NCBI GenBank assembly: GCA_963804645.1
Contig: CAWDRG010000002.1
Coordinates: 128,001 to 192,000, forward strand
Length of the DNA stretch: 64,000 nt
Direction: 5' to 3'
Source: an uncultured Bacillota bacterium
GTDB lineage: Bacteria > Sysuimicrobiota > Sysuimicrobiia > Sysuimicrobiales > Segetimicrobiaceae
Part shown: one piece after another, positions 30,817 through 39,887 of the stretch
Numbering within the stretch: position 1 is the stretch's first letter
Layout: each line of letters begins with the position of its first letter
Notes under the pieces: generated by a model
Told to the model about the DNA's origin: nothing
The model's input: the letters and a program-made list of their open reading frames with translations, nothing else
The model's database searches: none
Made by a program: the position numbers and the translations under genes

Positions 30817-31598
30817 CGGGACGCCTCGAGTAGTTCCGGCTGCAGCCACGCGAGGATCTGCGCCTTGCGCTCGACCACGCCCGCGTCCGTCGGACGGCGC
30901 GGACGCTCGAGCGGTACCGCCAGTTCGGCGCGCACCCGCCCGGGGCGCGCGGTCATGACGTAGATGCGGTCGGACAGCAGCACGGCCTCCTCGACGTCGT
31001 GGGTGATGAACAGCACCGTGCGGCCGAACTCCTCCCGCAGCCGGAGGAGGTAGTCCTGCATCGTCGAGCGCGTCATCGCGTCGAGCGCGCCGAACGGCTC
31101 GTCGAGCACCAGCAGGTCCCGGCGGCACAGCAGCGTCCGCACCAGCGCCACGCGCTGGCGCATGCCGCCCGACAGCGTGGCGGGATACGCGCGCTCGAAC
31201 CCCTCGAGTCCGAACGTCCGCAGCCACCCGAGCGCCTCCTCGCGCGCCTCGGCGCGGTCGACTCCCTGCACCTCGAGCCCGAGCGCGGCGTTGTCGACCA
31301 CCGTGCGCCACGGCAGCAGGAGGTCCTTCTGCTGCATGTAGGCCACGCGGCTGCCGGTGGCCCCGAGCGGGGTCCCGTCGATCGTGACGGTCCCCTCGTC
31401 GGCGGGCACGAGGCCGGCGACGATGTTGCACACCGTGCTCTTCCCGCACCCGCTCGGGCCGAGCAGCGTCACGAACTCGTGCTCCTCGACGTGCAGCGAT
31501 ACGCCGGTCAGCGCGTCCACCGACGCGGCCCCCCTGCCCCGCGCGGCCGATGCGGGAAAACGCTTCGTGACCCGTTCGATCCGGAGTTTCGTGGTCAT
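30813..31598 (-). CDS. thiZ: ABC ATPase (ThiZ/SsuB-like)
   Basis: GPSGCGKS, LSGGMRQR, LDEPFGALD, ITHD. Confidence 0.87.
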   Translation of the reverse strand: MTTKLRIERVTKRFPASAARGRGAASVDALTGVSLHVEEHEFVTLLGPSGCGKSTVCNIVAGLVPADEGTVTIDGTPLGATGSRVAYMQQKDLLLPWRTVVDNAALGLEVQGVDRAEAREEALGWLRTFGLEGFERAYPATLSGGMRQRVALVRTLLCRRDLLVLDEPFGALDAMTRSTMQDYLLRLREEFGRTVLFITHDVEEAVLLSDRIYVMTARPGRVRAELAVPLERPRRPTDAGVVERKAQILAWLQPELLEASR

Positions 31599-31673
31599 CG
31601 GGCCTCCCGTGTGCCCCGCGCGCATCCGCCGCGCAACGACAACGCGCCGCTCCCGGAACCGGGGCGGCGCGCC

Positions 31674-31772
31674 TCATACTCCCTCCGCTGGCATTACCCA
31701 GATCAGGTTCCGGGGTCGATGGCAGGCAGCCATCCTCTCAGCCTGGTATACCCAAGCTCCCCCACGCTATTC
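31674..31772 (-). promoter_or_regulatory. TPP riboswitch
   Basis: Minus strand GGGGAGC...GCTGAGAGG...GACCC.GAACCTGATCTGGGTAATGCCAGCGGAGGGA; followed by a GC hairpin (31643-31671) before thiZ. Confidence 0.96.
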
Positions 31773-31788
31773 AGTTGTTGGCCCATTC

Positions 31789-31816
31789 AGTATACCACAC
31801 AGCCGTGCGCCCGCAA
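31789..31816 (-). promoter_or_regulatory. Putative thi operon promoter
   Basis: TTGCGG-16 bp-TATACT with extended -10 TG, just upstream of the aptamer. Confidence 0.55.
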
Positions 31817-32029
31817 CCGCGGCGCCGGGCCGGGCAGCGATTTCGCAAATGGACAGGGGGAAGCCAGACGCCTGCTGGTCTCGGGGCGGCATACAAGCTG
31901 TCGAACAGTCTTGCGGTAGATTCGCAGGCGGCACGAGTGCGCGAACGGGAACGGTGGGACGTGATGACGGGGGGAGGACCTGAAGAGTCCGAGTCGCGAC
32001 TCCGGACCTGGGCATCCCGGCGCTGCCGG

Positions 32030-33294
32030 TCAGCTCGAGTCGCGGGTGCACCTGGGCGAACGCTGGGACGACTTGGCGCGCAACCTGGCAGAGCGTCGGC
32101 GGCGTGTGGCGGGCGTGACTCAGCACCTGGCGATGAAAGAACACCAGCAGCAGCGTATAGGCCAGGATGCGAATCATGGTGAGCACCACGAAGGCTTGAT
32201 CGTGCTGCTGGTGCACCGCCGGATGCTTGAGCTGGCACTCTTTCGTCAGCGTCTGGAAGACTTCCGTATCAATGCGCCACCGCGAGCGCCCCAGCGCCGC
32301 GAGCCCCACTGGGGAACAGGCCAGCCGTCGAGGCTGCTGGCGTAGAGGTTCGTGCTCTCTTCCCACACCACCGTTTTGTGCCGCGTCCGGTGGCCCCCCT
32401 CGCGCTGCGACGCACACGCGCGTCTGCGCGTCCCGCCGCACCTCCTTGACGCACCGCACGGACCGGTCTCCCGCCGCCCAGTGCACGTCGGGCACATGCC
32501 AGCAGGTGCGTCGCGACGTCGAGGCGTACCGTCTCCGCCGGCGTCACCTCACTCGTCCTGCGCGCCAGTTCCGCCACCAACTCGGCCTGATTGTCCTTGA
32601 TGGTGCACACCCAATCGAGGCCGAGCGCTTCGATGCGCGTCGATGAACGGCTTGCCGAAATAGAGCGCATCCGCCACCAGGACGTCCACGAACCGCCGCC
32701 CCAACTGGCCCACGAGCTCCTCCAGCAGGGCCTGCGCACACGGCGACTTCGCCTTCGCCCGGCGCCTGAAAGCGCAAGCCCCAGCGGAATCGGAAACGGC
32801 GTGCTCACAACGGCGACCGCCACGATGCGGTGATAGTATTGGACGGCGGTCTGCTGGACGCCGTCGACCATCCGCTCCACCGTCCGCTCCAGACAGGTGT
32901 CGCAGCAGCGGACGTAGGACTGGCAAATCTCGATCCCGTCCACCGCGGCCACGATCAAGCCTTGCGCGGCATCCGTGCGCAGCACCCCATTGCGCTTCAG
33001 CCGGCGCGCCACCTCGCAGCCCAGCGTCAACACCGCCTCAGGCGCCAGGCGCTCGAGGGTGTAGCGCAGCGTGTCCTCACTGAGCGGCCCGATGCGATGG
33101 CGCAGCCCGCCGGCCCGGCACTCATACTCCAACTGATGGAAGCTCGGGATCCGCCCAACCGCGCCCCAGAACACGGCGGCGAAGACCTTCTGGCACGAGT
33201 GCTGCGGGTGCTGCCGCCCCTCCGGCAGGCGGGCCAGCAGCGCCGACCAATCGAAGATTTTCTCCAAATACGCCTCGATCTCGTGCCGCCCCAC
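32030..33294 (-). pseudogene. DDE transposase of element A, multiple frameshifts
   Basis: AAVDG..I...CCDTC...YYH, DVLVADALY, K.NQ, RSRWRIDTE.F..L pieces spread over several frames. Confidence 0.8.
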
Positions 33295-33296
33295 CG

Positions 33297-33684
33297 CTAC
33301 GGGGCCTTCCGCCGTTGCTGGCGCGCCAGGACGAGCAACTGCACGTTCGCCGTCCAGCACCTCGCGCACCGCGTCCTGAAACGCCCGCCCCGCGTCCACC
33401 CGCTGGCGGATCGCGTCGGCCCAGCCCGCAGGAATATGGATCACCCGCGGGCGCCCCGTCTACGCGCACCTGAGGTGCCAGGCCGGATGGCCCACGCCGG
33501 TCGCACAGTGGCACGTCGGTTTCCCGCACCGGACATGGCTGAGCGACAGCGACCCCGGCAACATCTCGTCGACGGTCTCCGGCAGGTGCCACTGCCGCTC
33601 GAGCCCCGCCTTCCGCTGCCGCAGCCGCGCGGCCTCCGGACCTCGCGGCGCCGTGAAATCGACTCGCAACTTCGGTTTGCTCAT
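33297..33684 (-). pseudogene. DUF6788-like small Cys/His protein of element A, frameshifted
   Basis: MLPGSL....RCGKPTCHCATGVGHP; collinear with the intact homologue at 35183-35551. Confidence 0.75.
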
Positions 33685-33920
33685 CTTGCATCCGAGTATA
33701 ATATAAGATACGTAGAATGCAAGCCCGTCCGCAAATGCAAAAATGCTCCTTCAAGGGTGCCTACCGAAAACCCCGCTGCAGCGGGGCCTAGCCGTCACTC
33801 CAGCCCGCCGTTTACGAAATCACTGCCGGGCCGCGCAGGCATTTCGGAATACGGTCTGGGTCACAAGGAGCCCAGGATCCGACGCCTCCCCGAAGGGACA
33901 GGATTGAGCAAGCGGCTGGC

Positions 33921-35186
33921 CTACGAACGTCGGTACGGGTGCTGGAGGGGCGAATTTCGGGGGGTGCAGAGAGGTTGGCGACGCTGGCGGAGGGTCGGCA
34001 GAGCAGAGCCGAGTGGCGCTATGGCTGAACCGCTGTTGGCAACGGCCGGGGATAAGCCGAGATTGATCCGCAGCGCGCGCACGAACTGAATCGCTGTCCG
34101 CACACCGTGGCTGCCGCGATGCAGATGGCGCAGCCGATACAACCGCTCGATCGTCAACGCGAGGAACAGCAGGAGCCAGTTGGCAACGATGCTCGTGGCG
34201 TGATGGTGGCAGAGGTGTTCCATCCCATGCAGCGTCTTGGCCACGTTGAAGCCTTCGTTTTCAATCGCCCACCGGCTCTTCGCCATGAGGAACAGCGCCT
34301 GGCTCGGGACCTGCGCCATCGGCCAGTCGGTGAGCCACATCGCTTCGATGACCTTGCCCGTAGGTTTCGTCTGCCGATACAGGAGCACGCGCACCCGGGC
34401 CCAGCGCAGAGTCCCCCAGGGCGCGAAGTTCTCCGCATCCCACACCTCCACGACATCGCCGCGGTAGGTGAACCGGTGCGTGGGGGCATGCCCGCATAGC
34501 GTTGTCGCGCCGCCGCGTAGAGGTTCGGCAAGTTCTTCTTAAGGCGGACCACGGCATGCAGCCCCAGATCGCCGACCGTGTGCAGGAACGGCACCTTCGC
34601 AAAGTTGCCGTCCGCCACGACGTAATCGGCGAACCGCCGGCCCAGGGCCGCGATCCCCCGCGTCAGCACACGCAGCGCCGCCGCGTACTCACTATCGCGC
34701 GGCCCGTACAGCTCCACATCGCACGGCAAGGGCAGCGTGCTGCCCACAACGCTCAGCAGCACTACGTGATGCCGGTACCCAAGAAGCGGCAGCGCTGTTT
34801 CGTGTAACCCGACGTCGTCGTCCCGTCCACGGCCAGGCCGATCCACGGCGTGCCCGCGAAGGCCTTCGTGCGCTTGGCCCACCGCAGGACGCCGGCCAGA
34901 CCGCCCGAGTGCGCCCCGGATCCATGCGGGCCGTGAAATAGGCGAGAGCGTCATTCCCAAACGCGCGGCACACCGCCAGCGCGCGCCGCGCCCGTGACCG
35001 CACCAACGCTTCCACGCCCGCGAAAGAATCTTCCCGCAGCACATGGCCGACCACCAAGCCCCACACCAATGCGCGCGCAGGAATCCGCGGGCGGAGCCGG
35101 CCATCGCCCGGCCGCTCAAAAAAGTCGCCCAAACGAAGGATATGCGTGACGTACTTCCAGAGCCGACGGGGCGTCGGCCCGCTCAC
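33921..35186 (-). pseudogene. DDE transposase of element B, frameshifted
   Basis: GYRHH.V, DSEY.AA, DYVVADG.F, V.LKKNLP.L, KSRWAIENEGFN..K; GTGA overlap with the upstream ORF; true end probably near 34026. Confidence 0.8.
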
Positions 35187-35551
35187 CGCCGCCGCTTCCG
35201 CGCCAACACGAACTGCTCCGCGTTGGCCGTGAGCACGTCGCGCACCGCCTCCTGTAGCGCTCGCCCGGCCGCGACGCGCTGCGCCACTTCTTCCGCCCAT
35301 TCCTGCGGCACGCGCTCTGTGCGCTTCCGTCCCTTCACCGTGAAGCTCAATGTCCAGGCGGGATGCCCCGGGCCTGTCGCACAATGACACCCCGGCTGTC
35401 CGCACCGCGTCTCGCTCCGTGTGAGCGACCCGGGCAACATCGCCGTCACGCTCGCTGGCAGCTGAAAGCGGCGGATCAGCGCATGGCTACGCTGCCGCAG
35501 CTTTGCGGCCTCATCTCCGGTCAGCTCGCGTGGACTCATCGCGTCTCGCAT
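35183..35551 (-). CDS. DUF6788-like small Cys/His protein of element B
   Basis: MLPGSL....RCGQPGCHCATGPGHP.W.L; basic C-terminus; translationally coupled to the transposase. Confidence 0.8.
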   Translation of the reverse strand: MRDAMSPRELTGDEAAKLRQRSHALIRRFQLPASVTAMLPGSLTRSETRCGQPGCHCATGPGHPAWTLSFTVKGRKRTERVPQEWAEEVAQRVAAGRALQEAVRDVLTANAEQFVLARKRRR

Positions 35552-35720
35552 CTTGTAGGTATACTCCTACAAGATTCCCGCAAAGTCAAGGGGTCCTTAC
35601 CAAATGCGAAAATAGAACCCCCGATGTCTCTACACCGGGGGGTGGCTCAAATCCGCTCTGAAGACGTGCGCCTTACTTATGACCCTCGACTATTCCGAAA
35701 CTACGCGGGCCGCGGTAGTG

Positions 35721-36414
35721 TCAAGAGTTATGTGTAGATTCCCTTGAGAGAGAGCGCCTCGCCTGCCGGACGTTCAGGGCATAGACGATCGCATAAATAA
35801 TCCGATCACAGCTGGCTACGTTCGTGAAGCACGTATGGGGCGCGTGCGCCGGCGGACTTCGCGAAACACGCGTTCAATCGCATTTGTGGTGCGGACCCGG
35901 CGCCAGTCCGCCTCGGCGACGGATAGAAGCTGAGCAGGGCGTCCTCCTCGCGCGTCAGACAGGCGACCGCGGCGGGGGCGGTGGCCTGCCAGGCCTGGAC
36001 CCACTGGCGCAGGAGGCGGCGCGCGGCGTGGGTGGTCGGTGCCTGATAGATCCGGCGCGCCATGCGCAAACACGCCTCCCGGTCCTTGACCCGCAGCCGA
36101 TTGGCCACGTTGCGGAGGACATGGACCCAGCACGCTTGGCGCGGGATGACCGAATAGACCAAATCGAGGGCGGCATGGAGGCCCCGATGACCGTCCGTGG
36201 TAATCAGCTGCAACTGCTTCCCCACTAACCCCCGGCAGGCCAGCGTCGTGAGAAAGGCTTCCAGGTGGCTTGGGTCTCGTAGCGAGCCAGCCGGAAATCG
36301 ATCAGGTCCCGCTGCCCGGTGGGCCGAATGCCGTAGGCCACGAGAATCAAGCGGCGCTTGCTTCCGCGAGCCCTTTCACCCGGAGGCTGACGGCGTCGAG
36401 GAACAGATATTGAT
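35721..36414 (-). pseudogene. IS256 transposase, C-terminal part
   Basis: YLFLDAV, LVAYGI, ITTDG..GL, Q.CWVH.LRN, RTTNAIER.FREVRRRT; frameshifts. Confidence 0.87.
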
Positions 36415-36480
36415 TCGGATAACCCACTCGCTATAAACACGAGCTTTGACCACTAGCGACGAATCTCGAACGTGGTTGGC

Positions 36481-36981
36481 TTATGGCGAACCGATGACAC
36501 CGATTGCCTGCGCGTAACTGAGGTGGACACATTCGCCCGGCGAGCAGGCTGGCCCGCCCACGCCGCGCGGAATCGGCCGTGGGTCCAAGTAGCGTGCATC
36601 CACCTGTGCGTCTCCGTCAGAGATGAGGTAGTGACCCATGCGCGGATCGGGACCAGGAGCGCTGTAACCGTAGCGTGCGCCGGTGGGACTACCCGGTAAC
36701 GACCGGCACCTTCTTTAGATAGGTCGGAGTGAGTGCGTCGAGCGTCTTTGGATACGCGTTTTTGTGGTCGACAGCGTACTCTTCGAGCGCCGTCGCGATC
36801 GTCTTGAGAAACGCGAGATCGACGATCGTGTAGATGGCGCGCGGGTCGCGGCTGGGGTTCATGGCGCCGCGATCTGCACGTCGAGCAGGGGGACAGATAA
36901 CATAGACCCTGCGGCACGCGCCCCATCCGACAAGCACACAAGCGCGGCAATCGAGAGAACCGCGAATAGGCGTCGTCTCAT
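36481..36981 (-). pseudogene. Secreted pseudopilin/GspG-like protein, two frameshifts
   Basis: AAGGAG RBS, signal peptide MRRRLFAVLSIAALVCL, then LKTIATALEEYAVDH..AYP.TL.AL.P.YL..VP...YGY and a C-terminal Cys pair. Confidence 0.6.
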
Positions 36982-37013
36982 GATGCTCTCCTTTATGTCG
37001 AACACAGTCTAAA

Positions 37014-38536
37014 CCGGGATTTCCATTGTCTGTGTCTGAACACCTTGTGTTGAAGGAGTCCATCTGGCTCTTCAGGGACGAGTGTGACCGACGGCCCCAT
37101 GAAAGGCTGTTCGGGCCCGTCCGAAACCCCCAATCCCGGGCATGGTCGCGCTGGCCACCGATTTCTCAGACACGTCCCCCTCGGCCTCCTTCTCGTCCTT
37201 GTTGGCCGCGACGATCGCCGGCTGCTATCCCGCCGGCACCGACAGCGTCGTAAGCCGCTGCACGATCGCCCCGAACAGTTGCCGCGTGAGGTGCCCCTCC
37301 GCCAGCAGCAGCCAGTAGTATCGGGCGTGTTTCACGAGCCGGCCACCCGTCTTCATCAGCCGCTGCTGCAGACTCGTCAGCGACCAGCGTGTCGATCCGC
37401 TTCGGCAGCCCGAGCCGCCGCCAGAGGTTCCCCAGATTGTACGCAATGATGCTCAGCCACAACCGCACCTCATTCGCCCGGAACCGGTGGCAACTCAATC
37501 GCGTCATCTTCACTGCCTGTTTGCCCTCCTTGATCCACTGCTCCGCCGTCCCGCGTTTATTGTAGAACCGCACCACCGCCCGGCTGTCTGTCGCCAGGGT
37601 CGTCACGATGAAGCCCACTCGAGGAAACAGTTCCCCGCAGTGGAACTCGATCTTCGCCACCACGCGCCGCGCGATCTTCCAACTCGCGGCCTGGTACCGG
37701 AAGCTCGTGTACCGCACCACCGGCTTGTGACTGGGTCGCCCGACCGGCCGCGTGAGCAGCTCCGCGATGGCCCGCTCCAAGATGTCGTTGGAGGGGATGC
37801 GAATGGCGTACGTTGCGTTCCGCGTCTCCAGGGCTTCGTAGAGCTCCGGCTTGGCAAAACCGGCATCGGCCCGGACGACCACGTCCTTGCCCTGCCGCTG
37901 CTGCCGCTCGAGCTCGGGCAGCAGCACCTGGTCCCACTCCTCGGCGCTGTGGACGTTGCCCGGTCGCAGCTTTGCCGCCAGACAGTCGCCCTCCCGATTG
38001 AACAGCAGCAGCGGATGGTAGCAGGTCGACGCAAAGTGCCCGTTGTAGGCGCTCTGCTCCTGCTGGCCGTAGACAGGGATCTCGGTACTATCGAGATCGA
38101 GCACCACCCGCTGCGGGGTGTCCACGGGGTCCACCCGTGCGATCAGCTCCCGATTGATCGCGGCCAGCCCGGCGAGGTTCTCATCTTGGGTCAGCAACTC
38201 CGTCTCGAAGGAGTGCGCCCGGGACGTCAGGGCGGCCCCGCGCTCCCAGACGCTGCTCCGACCCGATCAGCCGGAAGGTCGGATCCTGGGAGAGGCGTTC
38301 AGCATCATTCACGTCCTCGTACCCCGCCAATCGGCGGTAGACCGATTGCCGGACCAGGTCGGCGAGCGGGAACTGCGTGTTCGTGCCCCGCGGATCGGTC
38401 AAGTGCTGTGCGATGAGGGTCGCTGAAGCCCAACCGCTCGTCCAGTTCGCGGACGAGGATCAGGCCGCCATCGGAGGTGACCCGCGCCCCCTGGAACTCG
38501 ATCTTCAACGCGGTGTTGAACGAGAGCTGAAAGGGC
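37014..38536 (-). mobile_element. IS1380-family element lacking its left end
   Basis: Transposase (about 37225-38536, frameshifted) with PFQLSFN..F.G.RVTSDGG, AGYEDVNDA, LDLDS, YNGH...CYHPL, RADAGF, YNKRG.AEQWIKE; probable right end CCGGGATTTCCATT at 37014. Confidence 0.85.
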
Positions 38537-39033
38537 TGATCGACTAGCGTCCGGTGGTGGAAGGCCGCTGCGGCTTGATCCAAGGTCTGGGTGATCGTCG
38601 AGACGGTCGTGGGACTGACCACGTCGTCGAGGAAATTGGCGAGGACGGGCCGACCTGGCGGGTGGAGAGGCCGCAGAGGAAGACGGCGCGGACGAGTGCG
38701 TTGACGTCACTGGTGCGGCGCTGGTAGCGGCCGAGCACCGAGGGCTGGACCCCGCTCTGGGGGCCCGGGGAATATGGAGATCGGGGATGGTGCCCCACGT
38801 CGTCACCAAACGGCGGCGGTAGACGCCATTCCGATACCCCGGCCGGTCCGGATTCCGAGTATACCGGCCAGCATTCAGATGGTTGATCAACTCGTCATGC
38901 ATCCGGTTCTCCAGCAAGAGCTTGACCGTGCCGAGCGTCTCCCGCGAGACGTCCCCCACAAGGTTCCTTCGTCCTTGACCTCTTTCCACAGATCGGTGAC
39001 CGTGAGATCGGTCAGTGGTCGCACACTGGCCAT
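38537..39033 (-). pseudogene. IS256 transposase, N-terminal part
   Basis: AAGGAGG RBS; RY.R...R.GYRNG.Y.R.L.T..G.I..L.IPR, GLSTRQV, VSPTTVS. Confidence 0.87.
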
Positions 39034-39313
39034 GGGCGTATCCCTCCTTTTCGTTGGTCAGGTCTGGGGTACGCTCTCTCCCTTGGGGTCCCTGCTTTTA
39101 CACACAACACCGTACACTGCCGGCCGCGGGCGCACGGATCACCCCGTCGCTGGCGCGGCCCGGCAGGCGGCGCCGATGCGGCACAGGAAAATGCGTCCGG
39201 CGCCATGAACTCAGACAGCGCCGAAGACGTTTCTGTACGCGATCTCACCATGCTGGGTGTGGACGGCGGGGACGGCTGCGGCTGGCCTGGACGCATGCGG
39301 GGAGGACGGCGAC

Positions 39314-39784
39314 ATGCTATCGCGATTCACCGAGTGGCGTGGACAGAAGGATAGTCGGGCGATCCGCGCCAGGTTCAAGCTTGCGCTCGTGGGACGGGTC
39401 TCGTTGTTCGCGGGGCTGAGCAAACGGGAAGTCGGCCTGATCGCCAATCTGATCAACGAGGCGGAGTTTCCGGCGGGGACCCAGCTGGTGAAAGCGGGAG
39501 AGCCCGGCACGGAGATGTTTATCATCGTCAGCGGCGACGCCGTCGTCAGGACGAAAGCGGGACGAACCATCCGGTTGAAGGCCGGAGATTTCTTTGGGGA
39601 GATGAGCGTGATCGACGGGGCCCCGCGGGCCGCGACCGTGGACGCCAGCACCCCGATTCGGGTGTTGGTGCTGGGGCAGCGCGACTTTTGGCGCGTGCTG
39701 GACGGGTCGAAAGCGATCGTGCGCAAGATCATGCACACGCTCTGCGAGCGCCTCCGGGAGACCGACAAATCGGCCTCGGAGTGA
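39314..39784 (+). CDS. Stand-alone cyclic nucleotide-binding domain protein
   Basis: LFAGL, GEPG.EMFIIVSG, GDFFGEMS.IDG.PRAATV; no HTH; GGAGG RBS. Confidence 0.9.
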   Translation: MLSRFTEWRGQKDSRAIRARFKLALVGRVSLFAGLSKREVGLIANLINEAEFPAGTQLVKAGEPGTEMFIIVSGDAVVRTKAGRTIRLKAGDFFGEMSVIDGAPRAATVDASTPIRVLVLGQRDFWRVLDGSKAIVRKIMHTLCERLRETDKSASE

Positions 39785-39887
39785 GCGGCGGCCCGCGACC
39801 GGCCGCCCGCCTGGTGATGCGCGGCCACCGCCGTCGAGAGCCCCGCGGGCGGTGTCGCACCGCTTCGCAGCGGAGCTAGTGGTTCGG

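Larger units (their letters stand above)
31835..33825 (-). mobile_element. IS element A: DUF6788-like ORF + DDE transposase (IS4/ISAs1-like superfamily)
   Basis: Terminal IRs CAGCGATTTCGCAAATGG (31835) / CAGTGATTTCGTAAACGG (ends 33825); flanks CCGGGCCGGG / CCGGGCCGCG. Confidence 0.85.
33836..35705 (-). mobile_element. IS element B: DUF6788-like ORF + DDE transposase
   Basis: Ends CAGGCATTTCGGAATA / CGTAGTTTCGGAATA; 9-bp direct repeat CGGGCCGCG at 33827-33835 and 35706-35714. Confidence 0.8.
35714..39121 (-). mobile_element. IS256-family element interrupted by an IS1380-derived insert
   Basis: Terminal IRs GGTAGTGTCAAGAGTTATGTGTAGA / GGCAGTGTACGGTGTTGTGTGTAAA. Confidence 0.85.

Noticed and set aside
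10434..31677. Apparent fusions or long N-terminal extensions of rnc, fabG, plsX, coaD, thiS, thiO, tenI, tenA, thiY, thiX
   Set aside because: ORF-caller run-ons through the upstream gene; internal starts with RBS or stop/start overlaps give normal lengths
31835..35705. IS110/IS1111 bridge-RNA or TnpB/IscB RNA-guided elements
   Set aside because: Transposases are DDE-type with terminal IRs and target duplications; no DEDD or RuvC motifs, and no obvious target-matching guide in the tails
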